Positions 43,413 through 57,333 of a DNA stretch of 64,000 nt are shown one piece after another. Position 1 is the first letter of the stretch. Each line of letters begins with the position of its first letter. The DNA is taken from NCBI GenBank assembly GCA_946965045.2, contig OX337228.1, forward strand, positions 434,001 to 498,000, written 5' to 3'. Made by a program: the position numbers and the translations under genes. Source of the stretch: Epithemia pelagica. Taxonomy: Eukaryota > Protista > Bacillariophyta. The notes beneath the pieces are model-generated. The model made no database searches, was not told the origin of the DNA, and saw only the letters and a list, made by a program, of their open reading frames with translations.

Positions 43413-46400
43413 CGGGGTCCGGCCATACCTCTCATTTCCTCATCATTGAGAGGAGGTGAGGTATTGCAGCCGGATGCCAAGCAGTGGGACCCAGGCAAAT
43501 GCGAATGCATGTGCAAGTCTAAATTTCAAATTCCTAATCGTTGTTTCGCTGCAGTGGCGGCTGCAACGGCAAGCAATGATGAAGAAATGACCGACATGGA
43601 AGATCATGTTGGTGGTCACCGCACCGAACTGGACAGCCATGCAAACATGCCCGTCGTTGGACGGCATGCGTATGTAATAAACAACTCTGGAAAAAAGGTC
43701 GACGTCAGTCCGTTCACTCCGCAATACAAGTCTATGGAGGCGGAATTGGTTGATGCAATTGTACGCTACGATTGTCCCTACAGTGGGAAGACCTTCTTGT
43801 TAGTCATTCTGAATGCTATTCGGGTGGTGGCAATGGCTAACAATCTCATCCCTCCGTTCGTGTTGCGAGAAGCTGGGATCAAGGTCAACGAACGAGCCAA
43901 GATCCACACGGACGACCCAACGACGGACGACCATGCAATAATCTTTCCAACGACTGGATTCAAGATCCCTCTAAATCTATGGGGAGTCTTCTCTTATTTC
44001 TCAACCAATATGCCAACTGAGGATGATCTGTTGGCCGGACATGATGTCTATGTCCTAACACCAAACCAATGGAACCCTCACTCAGACGCATATGAGCAAA
44101 ACGAGGCTAGCATCATGGACTGGGAAGGAAATATCAAGGAGAGGAAAGACCAAGTAAGGGTTGTGATCGAGGACCTACCAGACGGAGAAAATGATAAAGC
44201 TTATCGAGTGTCATCAATGGAAGCCTTTATAGTGGATAAGGGATGTGCCCGAAACCACCATTGGCAAAACCACATGGAAGAAAAGAGAGGAGATACCAAG
44301 ATTGAACCATGTGATGACGTGTGTCTCCATCTGTCTAATGTGTCGTCGGTCCTGGTGGAGCCACTCATGGCTCTCAGAATGGAGGAAAGGATGGTGCATG
44401 GACATGAGGCCATGACCATTGGTGCGACAACGGTGGCAGAGACCTCCGAATATCTTGTGGAGACGGTCGACGACGACGACAGCGATGCAGATATCCATAA
44501 AGATAGTGAGGAGGAAGAGGACATCGACCTGGAACAAATTGACGAAATGGATTGGGATCAATTCTTTGTTTCTGGGGTGCAAGCTGGAAAGTCGCGTGGC
44601 ATCGATGCTGAACACTTGTCCAAGGTCTGGCGTATCAGCCATGATGATGCCAAAAGGACGATCGACATTACGACCCAGCACGGTCAACGACCGACCAACC
44701 CAACCTTGTCTCAAAATTATGGGACCAACGATCGGATGTTGCGATATCGCCGTATCAAGGAATATTTTTATATGGATACCTTCTTTGCTACCAAGAAAGG
44801 GGGCAAGTCCTCGAGAGGTAACACGTGCTGTCAGCTATTCGTCACTGACAAAGGTTTCATGCATGTGGTACCAATGAAACGTAAATCCGAGGTGCTCATG
44901 GCAGTTAAGATGTTTGCCAAGGAAATTGGGGCGCCAGATGCAATTGTGTGATATGTCAAAAGAACAGACAAGTGCTGACATGCGAGTGTTCCTCAACGAC
45001 ATAGGAACCACTCTTCGTGCTCTCGAGGAAGGGACACCGTGGGCGAACAAGGCCGAGCTGTATATCAAGCTGACCAAAGAGGCCGTTCGCAAGGATATGC
45101 GAGAAACCAATTCACCCCTTGTGTTTTGGGATTTTTGTCTGGAGAGGAGAGTGAGGATTTATAACCTCACTGCTCGTGACTACATCACAGTCCGTGGGAC
45201 AAACCCACACACTGCAACCTTGGGCGTCGATGGAGACATTTCTAGCATTGGGCAATTTGTGTGGTATGAATGGTGTTACTTCCGAGAACACACAGCAAAA
45301 TTTCCCCACAACCAGGAAGTCTTGGGGAGGGTTTTGGGACCTGCCCGAGGGGAGGGCAACGCCATGGCACAGTGGGTGCTCAAAGCAAATGGCAACGTTG
45401 TCCCACGTCGGTCCGTCCGACCCCTCCACACTGCCGAGTTGCACAGTGCCAGCGAACGATCCAAGCGTGAAGCTTTCACAGCTTTGATCGAGAGGAGGCA
45501 TGGCACCTCCATACAACCACCTCCCTCCAACGACGACGACAAATTTTATGATCCGTATGAGGACGATGAACAACCGCAATTTACAACTCCGGACATAGAA
45601 GACACCGTCGACAGCACGGGCAAGCTCCTGAACCAATGCCCTGCGTATGACCGAATGATCAACGCCGAAGTCCAAATGCAAATTGGCGACGACATCAGTA
45701 AGGGAGTGGTTAAGAGGAGAGCCCTTGGTGCTGATGGGAAAACAACTGGCAAGTATCACGACGATCCATACAGCAATTCCATTCTATACGAGGTTGAGTT
45801 CATGGATGGACAAGTAAGGGAATATGCTGCCAACGTCATTGCTGAGGGCATGTTGGCCGAGGTCGACACCGATGGAAACCATATGCGACTGATGGAAGGA
45901 ATAGTCGACTGGAAGAAGGATGAAGCCCTGGCCGTCCCGAAACATGACAAATACGTCTACGACAGACGCGGCAGACGAAGAATGAGAAAGACCACCAGAG
46001 GATGGTGGCTGCTAGTCAAGTGGAAGGATGAATCCGAATCTTGGCAACGATTGGCATACATGAAGGAGTCATACCCCGTTGAAACGGCCGAGTTTGCGGT
46101 GGCACGCGGATTGGATGATGAGCCAGCCTTTCTTTGGTGGGCCAAGTCGACACTAAGGAGGAGGGATGCCATCATATTGGCGTTGAAGACACGTGCCCGA
46201 CAGATAAGGCACAAGTATGGGATAGAAATACCCACAAGTGTTGAGCATGCGAAGGAACTCGACAAGAAGAACGGAAATGATTTCTGGATGAAGGCTCTGG
46301 CAAAAGAGATGTATAATGTCGGAATTGCCTTTGAGATCTTGGACGCAGGAGAGAAGGCGCCAAATGGTTGGCATCTGGTAACCGGACACCTGGTCTGGGA

Positions 46401-47946
46401 CGTGAAGATGGATTTCACGAGGAAGGCCAGGTGGGTCCTTGATGGACACAAGACACCGGACCCTGAGGGGTCGACCTTCGCCGGTGTAGTATCCAGAGAG
46501 AGCGTGCGGATAGCGTTCACGTACGCCGCCTTAGACGGACTGGATGTATTCGCCGCAGACATTCGAAATGCTTATCTGCAGGCGCCATCGTCAAGGAGGG
46601 ACTACATTATATGTGGCCCTGAGTTTGGGATCGAAAACGTGGGCAAGGTTGCGCTTGTGTATCGGGCACTCTATGGAGGGAAAACCGCTGGCAAGGACTT
46701 TATAAATCATCTGAGATCTTGCATGAGTCATCTTGGTTTTCAATCCTGTCCGGCAGATCCGGATGTGTGGATGCGACCAGCGGAGAAGTCCGACGGCACA
46801 CCCTACTACGAGTATGTTCTACTCTACGTTGACGATGCCCTGGCGATTGGCGAAAGGGCTGAGAAAATACTACGTGAGGAGATTGGTAGATACTTTGAGT
46901 TGAAAGAGGAGTCGGTTGGCCCTCCGAGTATATACCTTGGTGGAAAAGTACGCAAGGTCGTGCTTGAGAATGGAGCAGAGGCATGGGCCTTCAGCTCTTC
47001 ACAGTATGTGCAAGCCGCCGTAAGGAATGTGGAGGACCACCTGGTGAAAGGGGAGAATAAGAAATGGACGCTGCCAAGCAAGGCAGATACACCGATGAAA
47101 ACAAGTTATCGGGCGGAACTCGATGTCTCCCCGGAGTTAACGCCATCGGATGCCTCCTACTACCAGTCCCTCATCGGTGTCCTGAGGTGGATCGTGGAAT
47201 TGGGCAGGGTTGACATTTGCCTGGAGGTATCTGTCTTGTCCTCCCATCTTGCTCTACCGAGGGAAGGACACATGCAACAAGTCTTGCAGGTATTTGCATA
47301 CCTCAAGAAGTTCCACAATGCGGAGCTCGTGTACGATCCAAGCGACCCCATTGTGAATGAAGCCGATTTCGAGAGAAAGGATTGGACGGCTTCAGAGTTT
47401 GGCCATATCGATGGCAAGGAAGAGCTCCCTCCCAATATGCCAGAGCCACGAGGAATGGGATTCGTCGTCCGTGCCAAGGTTGATGCTGATCATGCCTCTG
47501 ACACCCTTTCTAGACGATCTCGAACAGGGTTCCTAGTTTATCTAAATTCGGCACTGGTATATTGGTGGAGCAAGAAACAAACGTCTATCGAGTCCTCATC
47601 TTTTGGATCAGAGTTTATAGCGATGAAGCAATGCTGCGAGTATCTACGAGGACTACGATACAAGTTGAGAATGCTTGGAATACCGTGCGACGGTCCAAGT
47701 CTCATCTATGGTGACAATCAGTCAGTGTTGGCGAACACAACAATACCGGACTCAGCTCTGAAGAAGAAGAGTCAGTCCATTGCATATCATTTTGTACGAG
47801 AAGGAGTGGCAAGGGATGAATGGAGAACGACCTACATCAATACTCATGACAATGAAGCCGACCTATTGACGAAGGTTTTACCAAATGGGGAGAAGAGACG
47901 AGGCTTCGTTCGAAATTTGCTCCATCACATCTTTGGTGCAGAATGA
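43413..47946 (+). CDS. pol: Copia B pol (PR-IN-RT-RH) with one frameshift near 44948
   Basis: PR ELDSHAN, IN DTFF...EGTPWAN.AE, RT YVDD, RH DADHA...YGDN. ATTGTGTGATATG lacks 2 nt relative to the expected I-V-C-D-M. Confidence 0.9.
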
Positions 47947-49585
47947 TTGATAAGTGGAGTACGGATGAACGGAACCACTTGGTTGGATGGAGGTGGATGT
48001 AGCCATGGAGTGAACCACCTAGGAATGAACAAGACCACAATGCGGATACAACTCAACATTGCAACGGCAAGGTTGATTTGAGAGGAGTGTTGAAATTGTG
48101 GCCGTTATTTGGCAATGCATGACAAATGTGTCGAAACTACCCCGGCTATGTGGCCGATTTTGGTTGGAGCTGTGTAAGACTCCCACCTGTGGATCAGGGT
48201 AGATTTCATGTAACGAGTGTATAATTTTTCTGATAAGCGAACTTTTAGTAAATGGCCATCAGAATTTCTGGTAGGTTAGCTACGTACAGACCAGATTCGG
48301 CAATGGAATCATACTAACCATATCTAGTAGTGTCTACGAGTACCTACTAGCTAGAGCAATGCAATAGAAGTAGATACAAAAGGTTTCTGGCAATAGAGTA
48401 ACTTGCCGTAGATGATACGGACTGTCTCTCTTGTGGTTGTTACTACATTTTGTAGAACAGAAAAGGGAAAGGATGAAAAAGCAGAGCCCATACCATGTAG
48501 GTCGACTTTGAGGATGCTCCAGGAAAGAGGCACGTCCGGCAGGATCCCTTGCCAGCACCACCCATGCCACCCGTGGATCAACAACCAACCATGGAGATGT
48601 ATAGGGTATGGGGTAAGTGTCGAATGATACAACAGTGCAGTCCAATTTAGAACTGTTCTATGGTTAGCCGGACCCTTTGCTTCCCTGTAGGGTTTAAGCT
48701 AGCCAGGTTGATTGATGAGGATTCATCTACTGGCAACCGATGGAAATAGCAATACATGAACATGGCAGTCACTATAGCTATACATTACACTGGGAGTAGG
48801 CAGAGAAGGTTGATACCTCTCGTACATTAGCTACCAGAAACACTCTTGTTTCCAGTCGGGTGCAAGTATGTGGATTGCCACCACGGAATGGAAAAGTGGG
48901 AGGTAAAAATGATGGATTTGGTCCCAGTGGTTTGGAGTCAAAGATAATTGACTTCTTAAACACATGAGTCATCCCACGATTCCACCATTGTGTCGGAAGG
49001 TGAGCAGTAGCTATTGTAGACATTCTGGCTCGAAAGTACGGAAACCAGAGGCTGAAATGAACAGTAGACCTTTCACTGTATCCACAACCTTTGCCATGTT
49101 GGTTTTATTGTATAGCCATCATCGGAATACTGGTCCTTTGCCAAGTCGAACCAAGCCCAAGCCAATGGAGTACTTTGTTTCACTCAAAAACTTGAAATCT
49201 CCTTTGTGACGACGGGTAGTTTTCGCAACTAAGCCATAGTCTTCCTATACTGGAAGTCCTCAGTAGAAGCAAGATTCCAAATTCCATGCCCTACATACGT
49301 AGTTGGTACATTTCTCTACATACGTAAATATACGTAGACTAGTACTGGATGGTCGCTGTGGCCATCAATACTTCTAGGGAAGAATGGTTGGGGGGCTCGG
49401 GATTCTGGTTGGGGAAAAGACCATCGTTCATCTCTCCGGGACCAGGACTTGTCGCCCTTTTGGTCTTGGCCAAACGTAGGGGTTGGCGTTATTTTTTGTG
49501 ACGCGAGTATAAGAGGTCGACAGGCTCTGACGCGCGACGTCCTCCCTCCCGGCGCAAACGATTACCCTTTCCCTCGACAAAACCT

Positions 49586-49720
49586 TACCCCCAAGCAGGG
49601 GTGAGTGAGTCCCGCGTGATCGAATACGCTGCGCTTGTATTCCCTTACTCACCCCCAAGGCGCGTCGGCTGCTCCCAATTTTGACACAAACTCAGAACAA
49701 CCACAACGCAAACACCACGA
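49586..49720 (+). mobile_element. Left terminus of a third TACCC-family element (right end not found in the window)
   Basis: TACCCCCAAGCAGGGGTGAG followed by the subterminal CTCACCCCCAAGGCGCG.CGG, as at 3562. Confidence 0.75.
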
Positions 49721-52231
49721 GGCCCATCTGGCTGTGGATGTAACAACACCCATGGACCCTCCCAAGTCCAACCGTGTTGTCCATGCTGTCTCTAACAACC
49801 CAAGGGACATTCCTGGCGCTGCAATTGCTGGTGCGCACACTTTCATTCCAAACACAACGCTACCGCGACGAATCCTCCAAACGTACAGCAATCAACGATA
49901 CCAACGCATCCTTGCGAATGACAATGCACTACACAACACAAACAAACGATCCTACAAAGGAGGCGGTGCCGACAACAACACGGCCATCGTCTCCCAAGAA
50001 AATGTCCGTCCAACGATGTGCTCACTTGTACTTGGCCGCAGCGGCCCAACGGAACAACAAAGGAGGGGGGTACCAAACAAACCCAAAACAAAATAGAACC
50101 CATCCAAATGCATATATTTTAGAGTGGGTATCACCAAACTTGCTGTAGAACCATGATAAAACGTTCAGGCTGAAAAAATAGTGGACTCTCACTGGTTGCG
50201 TGTCGTATCACTCAGTTCCTTACTTCAAAGTCCCAACTTGGTTCTACGCATCCTGAGAGTCACCAGGTACATTTTGGTGGCAGCCTTGGAACAAGAACAA
50301 CCACAACCGCAAACACAGAACAAAACCACCACCAATAATACAAAAGATACTCATCATGCGCCGGTCTTGAACTTTGTGGCCGAAATTGTGGAATGTGCCT
50401 TCCACAATCGAGGTGCCGACCGAATTTCGGGAAAGGTCCAACGCTTTGTGCGACAAACGGGTTTGCCACATGCCGCTGTGTAACGAATTGCCTGTGTCGT
50501 GTTTCAAGCCATGGCCTATGAAAACATGTTGGCCTTTGAAGTCGGCAACAATACCTTGCTCATTCGGGATTTACAACAAGCCGGTGCGTCTCCACCCCAT
50601 TCCTGGTTCGGACCCAGTCCCCATATCGGTCAAGACCGGTGTATTTTGAATACGCAGAAAATTGTGCAAATGGTCCTGGAAATTGTGGAACCCAACCAAA
50701 AGCTCATTGGGAGACCGGGCTTTTGGGGCATTGAATTTGACGAACTCCGTCGTCCGGCCACGGGCATTCGGGGAGATTTAGACGAAACCTTGGCGGGAAA
50801 AATTCTACCCGAAGTGATTGCCATTGCGTGGGCCGCTCCCTGGCACCAATTGCCGGAGGTCCCACAACTCCTCCCAGTCCTCCACATGCTGCATCAACTT
50901 GTCCGAACCCGTGGCCAGGACTGCACAGCGCCCGTTCCAGTCGCTCTCACGTTTGGTCTGCATGCCATGCTCACCGCCATTTTGGTCATTCAAGAAAATG
51001 GAGATTTGGCACGGTTGGCCTCGTACACCAAACAATCCTACAACAAACTCTTTTCGCAGTTGCAGCGGATACAGGAAGATCCTTCCAAATCATCCTCATC
51101 ATCGTCACCTGGAACACAGAATGCGCCCACCTTTTATGCCAATGTACAACTGTTTGGCAATGTAGTTCATTTTGTCCAGCCAGTGTCTGCCACAAACTAC
51201 GATGCTCGACTAGCCTTTTTGGATCCTTCCGAAACGGAGCGACTGGCCTTTTGGAACCCGGTAGTGGGTGGAGAGTACCTGCTGTATGGAACCTACATGT
51301 GCTCCATCGCTCTTGGGTCCGCTACCATTGATTCCTTGGGACAACTTCGAATGACCCTCCACTTGTATCATGCAATGAAATCCCAACTGTCTCCATCACA
51401 GATGGATGAACTAAAAGTACCCTTTCTGGAGAATCTCGACCAGGTCTTTTCCAAGACCAAGGCAATCTGGGTAGCAGGACGTGCCCTAGAAAAGGGTTCC
51501 TTTTCCAAACAGTTTTGGATGGCCTGGGGTATGAGCTCGACACAGGCATCCCAGCAGGCCTCTTCCTTATTGGGTGGTGACGAGCAGGAGCCTTTTGCTG
51601 CCTCTCTGCAACGACGTACACAAATGAATAGCCGATTGCCGGATCAAGGTCTCAGGTATGATGATGATGAGATATGCTGCGTTTTCCCTTTTTCCACTTT
51701 TCTGTGCTTTCTGGAGTGACATGTGTACATAGTATTGTAAAACACTCACAGAAACCAACGGTACTTTCATTGGTTTACAGGACACTGGAAGAAATCAAGC
51801 CGGAAGACTTTTGTTCGTCGTACCGTCGACTTGTGTTGCGCGATTGGACGCCAGACGATACTCTAGACGGTGAAGACGACGTCGTGGCGTACTCGGTTCC
51901 CCACAAAACGTCCAAAGAAGAACGAAAAAATCTGGCCTCCACCGAACAAATTATAGTCCAGATCAACACGTTGCGAGATAGCATGGATGAGGATGAAGAT
52001 TACGTACTCCCCATCAATTTCCCAGTTGTGAGCGGTATTTTACTAGAGTTTCTCCATGTACTTGGAGAAGGCATGGTATGTTTGGTTTTTCCTACCTCGT
52101 ATTCTCAATGCGTTTGAATTCGTGGCAATCGTAGTCTCACTTCTTTTTTCGTTCATGGGTGGGATCATGGATACTGTTTAAACTCAAACAAAACCGTGCT
52201 GTAAAAGCAACTGTTTATAGGTTCTATTGAA

Positions 52232-55200
52232 TTAGGTAATCTCCTTAGAATGAACCTCTCCTTCTTTCGTCTTCGTTCCTTTTCCGCTGCCACGTCGCCT
52301 GACTAAGATCCATCCTTCATTCTCCGGATCCATATCTTTAGTCGCTGATTGGTCCTTCACCTTCTCTGCAGCTATCTCACCTACCGTTTCCTGCTTATAC
52401 TTCAACACACTCCTGTGCGACGAATGAAAAGGGTCAGACGGGAGCACGTTCATGATGGTATCCCGCAGACGGTAGAACGCTTGACCTTGAAGCGGTTTGG
52501 TAAAGAAATCAGCAATCATCGATTCCGTCGGGCAAAAGGCAACACGGAACTCTTTTCTCTTGATGCAGTCGGTCACGTAAAAATATCGCAGATTGATGTG
52601 TTTAGTTCTTTTGGAACTGGACAACCGTCCATTATTCGCCAACAAAATACTGCTTTGGTTATCTTGGTGCAAGACAACTTCCTTCAACGGATACCCTTGA
52701 GCTTCCAGGAAGTTTTTACTCCATATAATCGAAGGGAGAATATCATGCACGCCGATTAATTCACATTCTGTCGAACTCCGTGCGACGAGCTTTTGTTTAT
52801 TGGATGCCGTCATTACGGCGCCTTTTCCCAGGGTCATATATCCGCCGGTTTGTCCTTTCATGTCTGGGTGGGTTGCATAGGATGCATCCGCCCACCACAA
52901 CGCTTTGCCATCGGCATCTGCTTCCAAACGAAGGATCAAATCTCTGGTGGATTGTAGATATTTCAGGACACGACCCAATTTTCAGTAGTCATCCTCATCG
53001 GGATTGGCTACTCGCGTGCTAAGGAAGTTGACTGCCATGCGGATGTCCGGTCTTCCCCGTTGGGCAACATATGCAAGTTGCATAGTCAGACTGTGGTACA
53101 ACTCCGCTTGTTCGTCATTCAGTTTCTTAGATTGTTCGTTGGTTTTATACAAATGCTTGGCTGCTGGTGTCCTGGCTTTGCCTTTAAAACACTTTGGCAG
53201 ATCATCAAGCACTGTATCGAGGTATGGGCGCATGTCAGCCTGCACGACCCCATCCTCCCCATAATCGAGGAACATTCCTAAGTAGTCATGTCGACTACCC
53301 TCTGACACGGAAATCTCCCCCAGTTGTCCAAATTCGGCCTTTAGGTCGTTGACAAATTGTTGAACAACCTGCCCATCCACATGGGAGATCTTCAAATCAT
53401 CAATATGCCACGTTACTGTGAGCTGTTTTTCATTAACGATCTTGTTGGCTACACAGGAGTCGTATGGGTTGATTGCAAAGTTCCAACTTTTCAACACGGC
53501 AGTGAGTTTCTCCCAAAAGAGACGGGCAGCTCGAAGTGTGCCATATAAGGCCTTTAACATCTCGACGTATATCACGGGCTGATTCTTTTCGTAGGTTAAA
53601 TAGGGCTCATAGGCGGATCGGTCAACTTCGAGCAACAGTTCAGCCATCAACCCGTCAATCCTCATGTAAACATCCGGATCCATATCCGAATGCATGAAGG
53701 CTCCGGGAATATCGGCTACTGTCACAACCCGGCGCTCCAAGGCATCAATGACGGCGGTAATGAAAACCGCTTCTGTTGCCACAGTGGGCGAAGCTGATTC
53801 GTCTTTCTTGATGTGAGTCCTCTGCTTTCGTCCGTCAGCGCACCCACGCCCCTTAATCTTTCCGCATCGTTTCCGTTTCAAGAACATGAGATAGCCCAGC
53901 GCCTGTTGCACTTGGGACCATGTTAAATCCGTTTTGTGAACGGCCCGTAACACCCCACGATCGTGTAATTGTTGAATTTCTTTCTTCACCGCAGCCACAC
54001 CTTTGTCTCCAAATAATTTTACGCCCTTACGCATGGACATCTGAGGGGTGGACAGATTGACTTCGGACTCGATTAAAAATAGGATGCCGTCCCTCAAATA
54101 ACCATCATAACGGCCATGCTTTAATGTATCGATGCATGCGAAGGAATGCCCGTAGCGGTGCCGGTAACTACGCTCCCGATTCGGGCGTAAATTGTATCTG
54201 TTGTCATTGTTGTTGTCATTGTTGTTGGGATCTTGCCCCGAATCACCGTCATCTGGAACCGAATCACCGTCATCCTCTCCCCTCTCTTCATCCTCTCCTC
54301 CGGCTAGTGCCCCTTCCTCCGTTTCATCCGCTTCTTCCTCCTCTTCCAGCTCCGCCTGATTCTGGTCCTCTATGACTGATTCATCGTTTTGATTGTCGTA
54401 TAGATCGTTCTCATCGATCCCCACTCCTTGATTTGCCACATCCAATGCATCAGCAGCGTCCATTTCATGCTGCCCCACTCCTGGGTTTTCAGCATTTGCC
54501 TGTATTCCAGCTGCATGTTCGATTAGCGGCAGGTTGATGTCGGCATCTTGTTCGCCATGATTAACTTCAGCCTCATCGACTTGGTCCTGAACAATGGCAT
54601 CAAGTTCCTCGTCCACCAACTCTTCATCATAGCGCAAATCTTCTTCAGTCTCGGCTTCGGATTGGTATGAGTCATCATCCTCCTCGTCATATAGGGGATT
54701 GTCCTCACCCATGGCCAAGATCCTGTTGTCTTTATTCCCAAAGACTAACCCTGGTTGCATTTGTTGCGCTTGTGCTAGTTGATGTACTCGCTTGATGACT
54801 TCCTGTGGGATTGGTAGTGGGGTTGCATGATTTCTTGTGATGATGCGACCGCTGTCTAAACTCAGAAAATAATAACTACCCTGTCGATTGCCTGTAGGAC
54901 GTAAAGCTATGGCTCCCACTGTCCGTTTGGCCATAGTGTTATCGTGCTGCTCATGGCTTTGCACGTATTGCCCAAACTCAAAACGGCAGTGTCGTCTATA
55001 GTCAATTGACTCTCCAGTGACAATGCGACGTGGACTCTCGGTCTGTGAGATGCCTGACGAGTGAGGGAAACTGTTGAGCCAGAAAACAGAAAACTTGGCC
55101 ATTTCAATCAGCATGGCCTTCGGGATCTGGTCGAAAGGCAGTGTATTGTAAACGCATCGCATGCGTTCTTTCACGGTTCTTATATATCTCTCGATGTCGC

Positions 55201-57331
55201 CCACGTGCTCATCACGTGCTGTTGGGTTGAGGTTTACTCCCATTAACTGCAGCTGGGTCTTCAAGTATTCGCTGGTAAACGCCCCGTCGGCAAGAATGAC
55301 CCGGGGACGCAGTCCGCCTCGCCGATAGATCAACAAGGTGTTGCGTAAAGCGTGTAACAAGGTAGAGTCGTTGGAGTTTTGGATGGCTTCAATGGTGCCA
55401 AAGTGGATACGGCGAGAGATAGTGGCAAGAAACGCCACATTGTTCACGTGCAGCACATCAATGGCGATGGTCACGTCTTTGTGCTCTTCGGCTATAGTTG
55501 GCGGGACAATGAGACTGGTGTCAACCCGTGGGGGCTTCCTCCTGGTAGTCTTTCCTTTCAACGTGCCCAAATCCGGGCCGTACAACTTCTCGGCCCTTCG
55601 TACGTCGTGCTCATTGACATTCGCGTTGGGTAGTAAATTGTTTTTCAATATCTTGATATATTCTCTGGTTGATGGGCGACCTATTTTCGCTAGGAGCGAT
55701 CTGGCAGCTTTTGCTCTGGCAACATCATCAGGTGAATAACCGGCTTCGTTTTCACTAACAGTAGTTAAAAAGCTACCTTGTAGCGAGCCGGAATCCATGT
55801 AATAGAGGCCATCAGGACTACGGTGAAATCGGTGCTTTAGTCGTCCCGATGATCGATCATGCAATGTAAATTGGTTGCCATCGTCGCTGTTATACTTGAC
55901 TTGAAACCTGGTGGTGGCATTGTTGAGTGATAGAATGTTGGCAGGGCACTGCTCGTCAAACCAGACCAAGCCATAGCCTGGTAGCAGTCCCTTTTTGGTT
56001 AATTGTCTCTTTCCCGCGTGACTTTGTATGTTAATGGGACTATCAGAGGTGTGGATGTTTTGGAGGAGTCGTCGATCATGAATGATATCGACAGTGGATT
56101 GGTTATCCAGGAGGATCCAACCCTTGGGCACACTAGCCTGTGAATGTGACGAGGAGAAAACAAAATTTGGTAAGATGACACGCTCGTGTGTAAGCAAACA
56201 ACATGAATCCTCCCCACCTCCACTGTTTGCATGTGCATGGTTACCGGATTCTGCTCCGCTTGCTTGGCTGTCCGTAATGGTTGAAGTATTACTGCCTTGG
56301 TCACTTTCATGGGTCATGTAGGCTACTCCTGTGGCATTATCAGGTTGCGATCCACCAGTCGATTGATTGGGCTTGTTTTTTGCTGTCATCCGATTGTCCA
56401 ATATCGCTCGTGCGTCCGCTAAGGTCCTTGGGTAAGAGTTATGACCATCCAGAAACATGTTCTGTAGGTGCGACTCGTATTCCTTGTTTCCACACGTCCT
56501 GATAAAGCGAATGGCGATGCAACGCTCTTCTGTTTCCTCGATGTCCTCTTGGGTTGGAGCCTTTTCTCTCTTATGGGCTGCTGCCACCACTGGCACCAAA
56601 TCGGCATCATAAAGCTTCACTCCGGCCTCCTTCAACACCTTCACTTTAGCTCTAAACACTTCATAGTAACTATGAATGCTTTGGTTGTTGCGTCGTCGGA
56701 GACAGTAGAAATCTTCTTTCAGCTTGTCACGTCCGACCAACTTGTATATACGTCCTGAATCGAACGTAAAAGTCGTTTCCTTAATCAAGGCAAGCAACGC
56801 GAGTCCATCTCTGGTCTTTTTCACGTCTGCAAACTTGGCTTTTGCTTGGAGCTTATCCTTCATCAAAGGGGTGCATTGCCCCCAGATAAGACTATAGAGG
56901 GCTGCTCGAAAGTTCTCGTATAGGATCAGTTTGTCTTCGCGGGCCTTATGGGCCATTTTCCACTCCTCCACAGTGATGGCGTCCGCGTCTTCGGCTGGTC
57001 GTGCCGGCTTGTCTGGGTCTTTTAACTCCAGGTCTTCCAGCGCTTGCTGGAATTGTAGGTTGTGTCGATTGAAATTGGATCCCACATACCCAATCAACAG
57101 CTCCACGTTTCGCAGATATCGTCTTGACTGCGGGTCTTCCGAATAGTCAAACGTACACTCCTTGAGTGTCGGCTCTTGCCCTTGGAAACGGCTGTTTGAT
57201 TGTTGCCCCACGCTTCCTTGAGACCGATTACCTCGTCCTCCACGTCCACGGCCTCTGCCTCCAGTGTTGTTAGAGCGAGCGTTTGACGGAGTTGTCTCTG
57301 GGCGCGGGCTGGATCCTTGTTGCAACGACAT
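52232..57331 (-). CDS. gag-pol: Copia C Gag-Pol with one in-frame TGA at 52982-52984 between RT and RNase H
   Basis: PR WILLDNQST, IN (IDVL, ADGAF, HVGDIE), RT WHIDD, RH WADASYA..HQDN. The ORF runs into the 3' LTR. Confidence 0.92.
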
Positions 57332-57333
57332 GT

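Larger units (their letters stand above)
41581..48250 (+). mobile_element. Full-length Ty1/copia (CoDi-like) retrotransposon B
   Basis: Apparently identical 163-bp LTRs at 41581-41743 and 48088-48250 with TG...TA ends. 4-bp TSD AATG. PPT TGAGAGGAG. Confidence 0.95.

Noticed and set aside
52982-52984. TGA between RT and RNase H of copia C as regulated readthrough
   Set aside because: It falls in a conserved DD.xKL.R motif, has an AAA context, and is most simply a point mutation.
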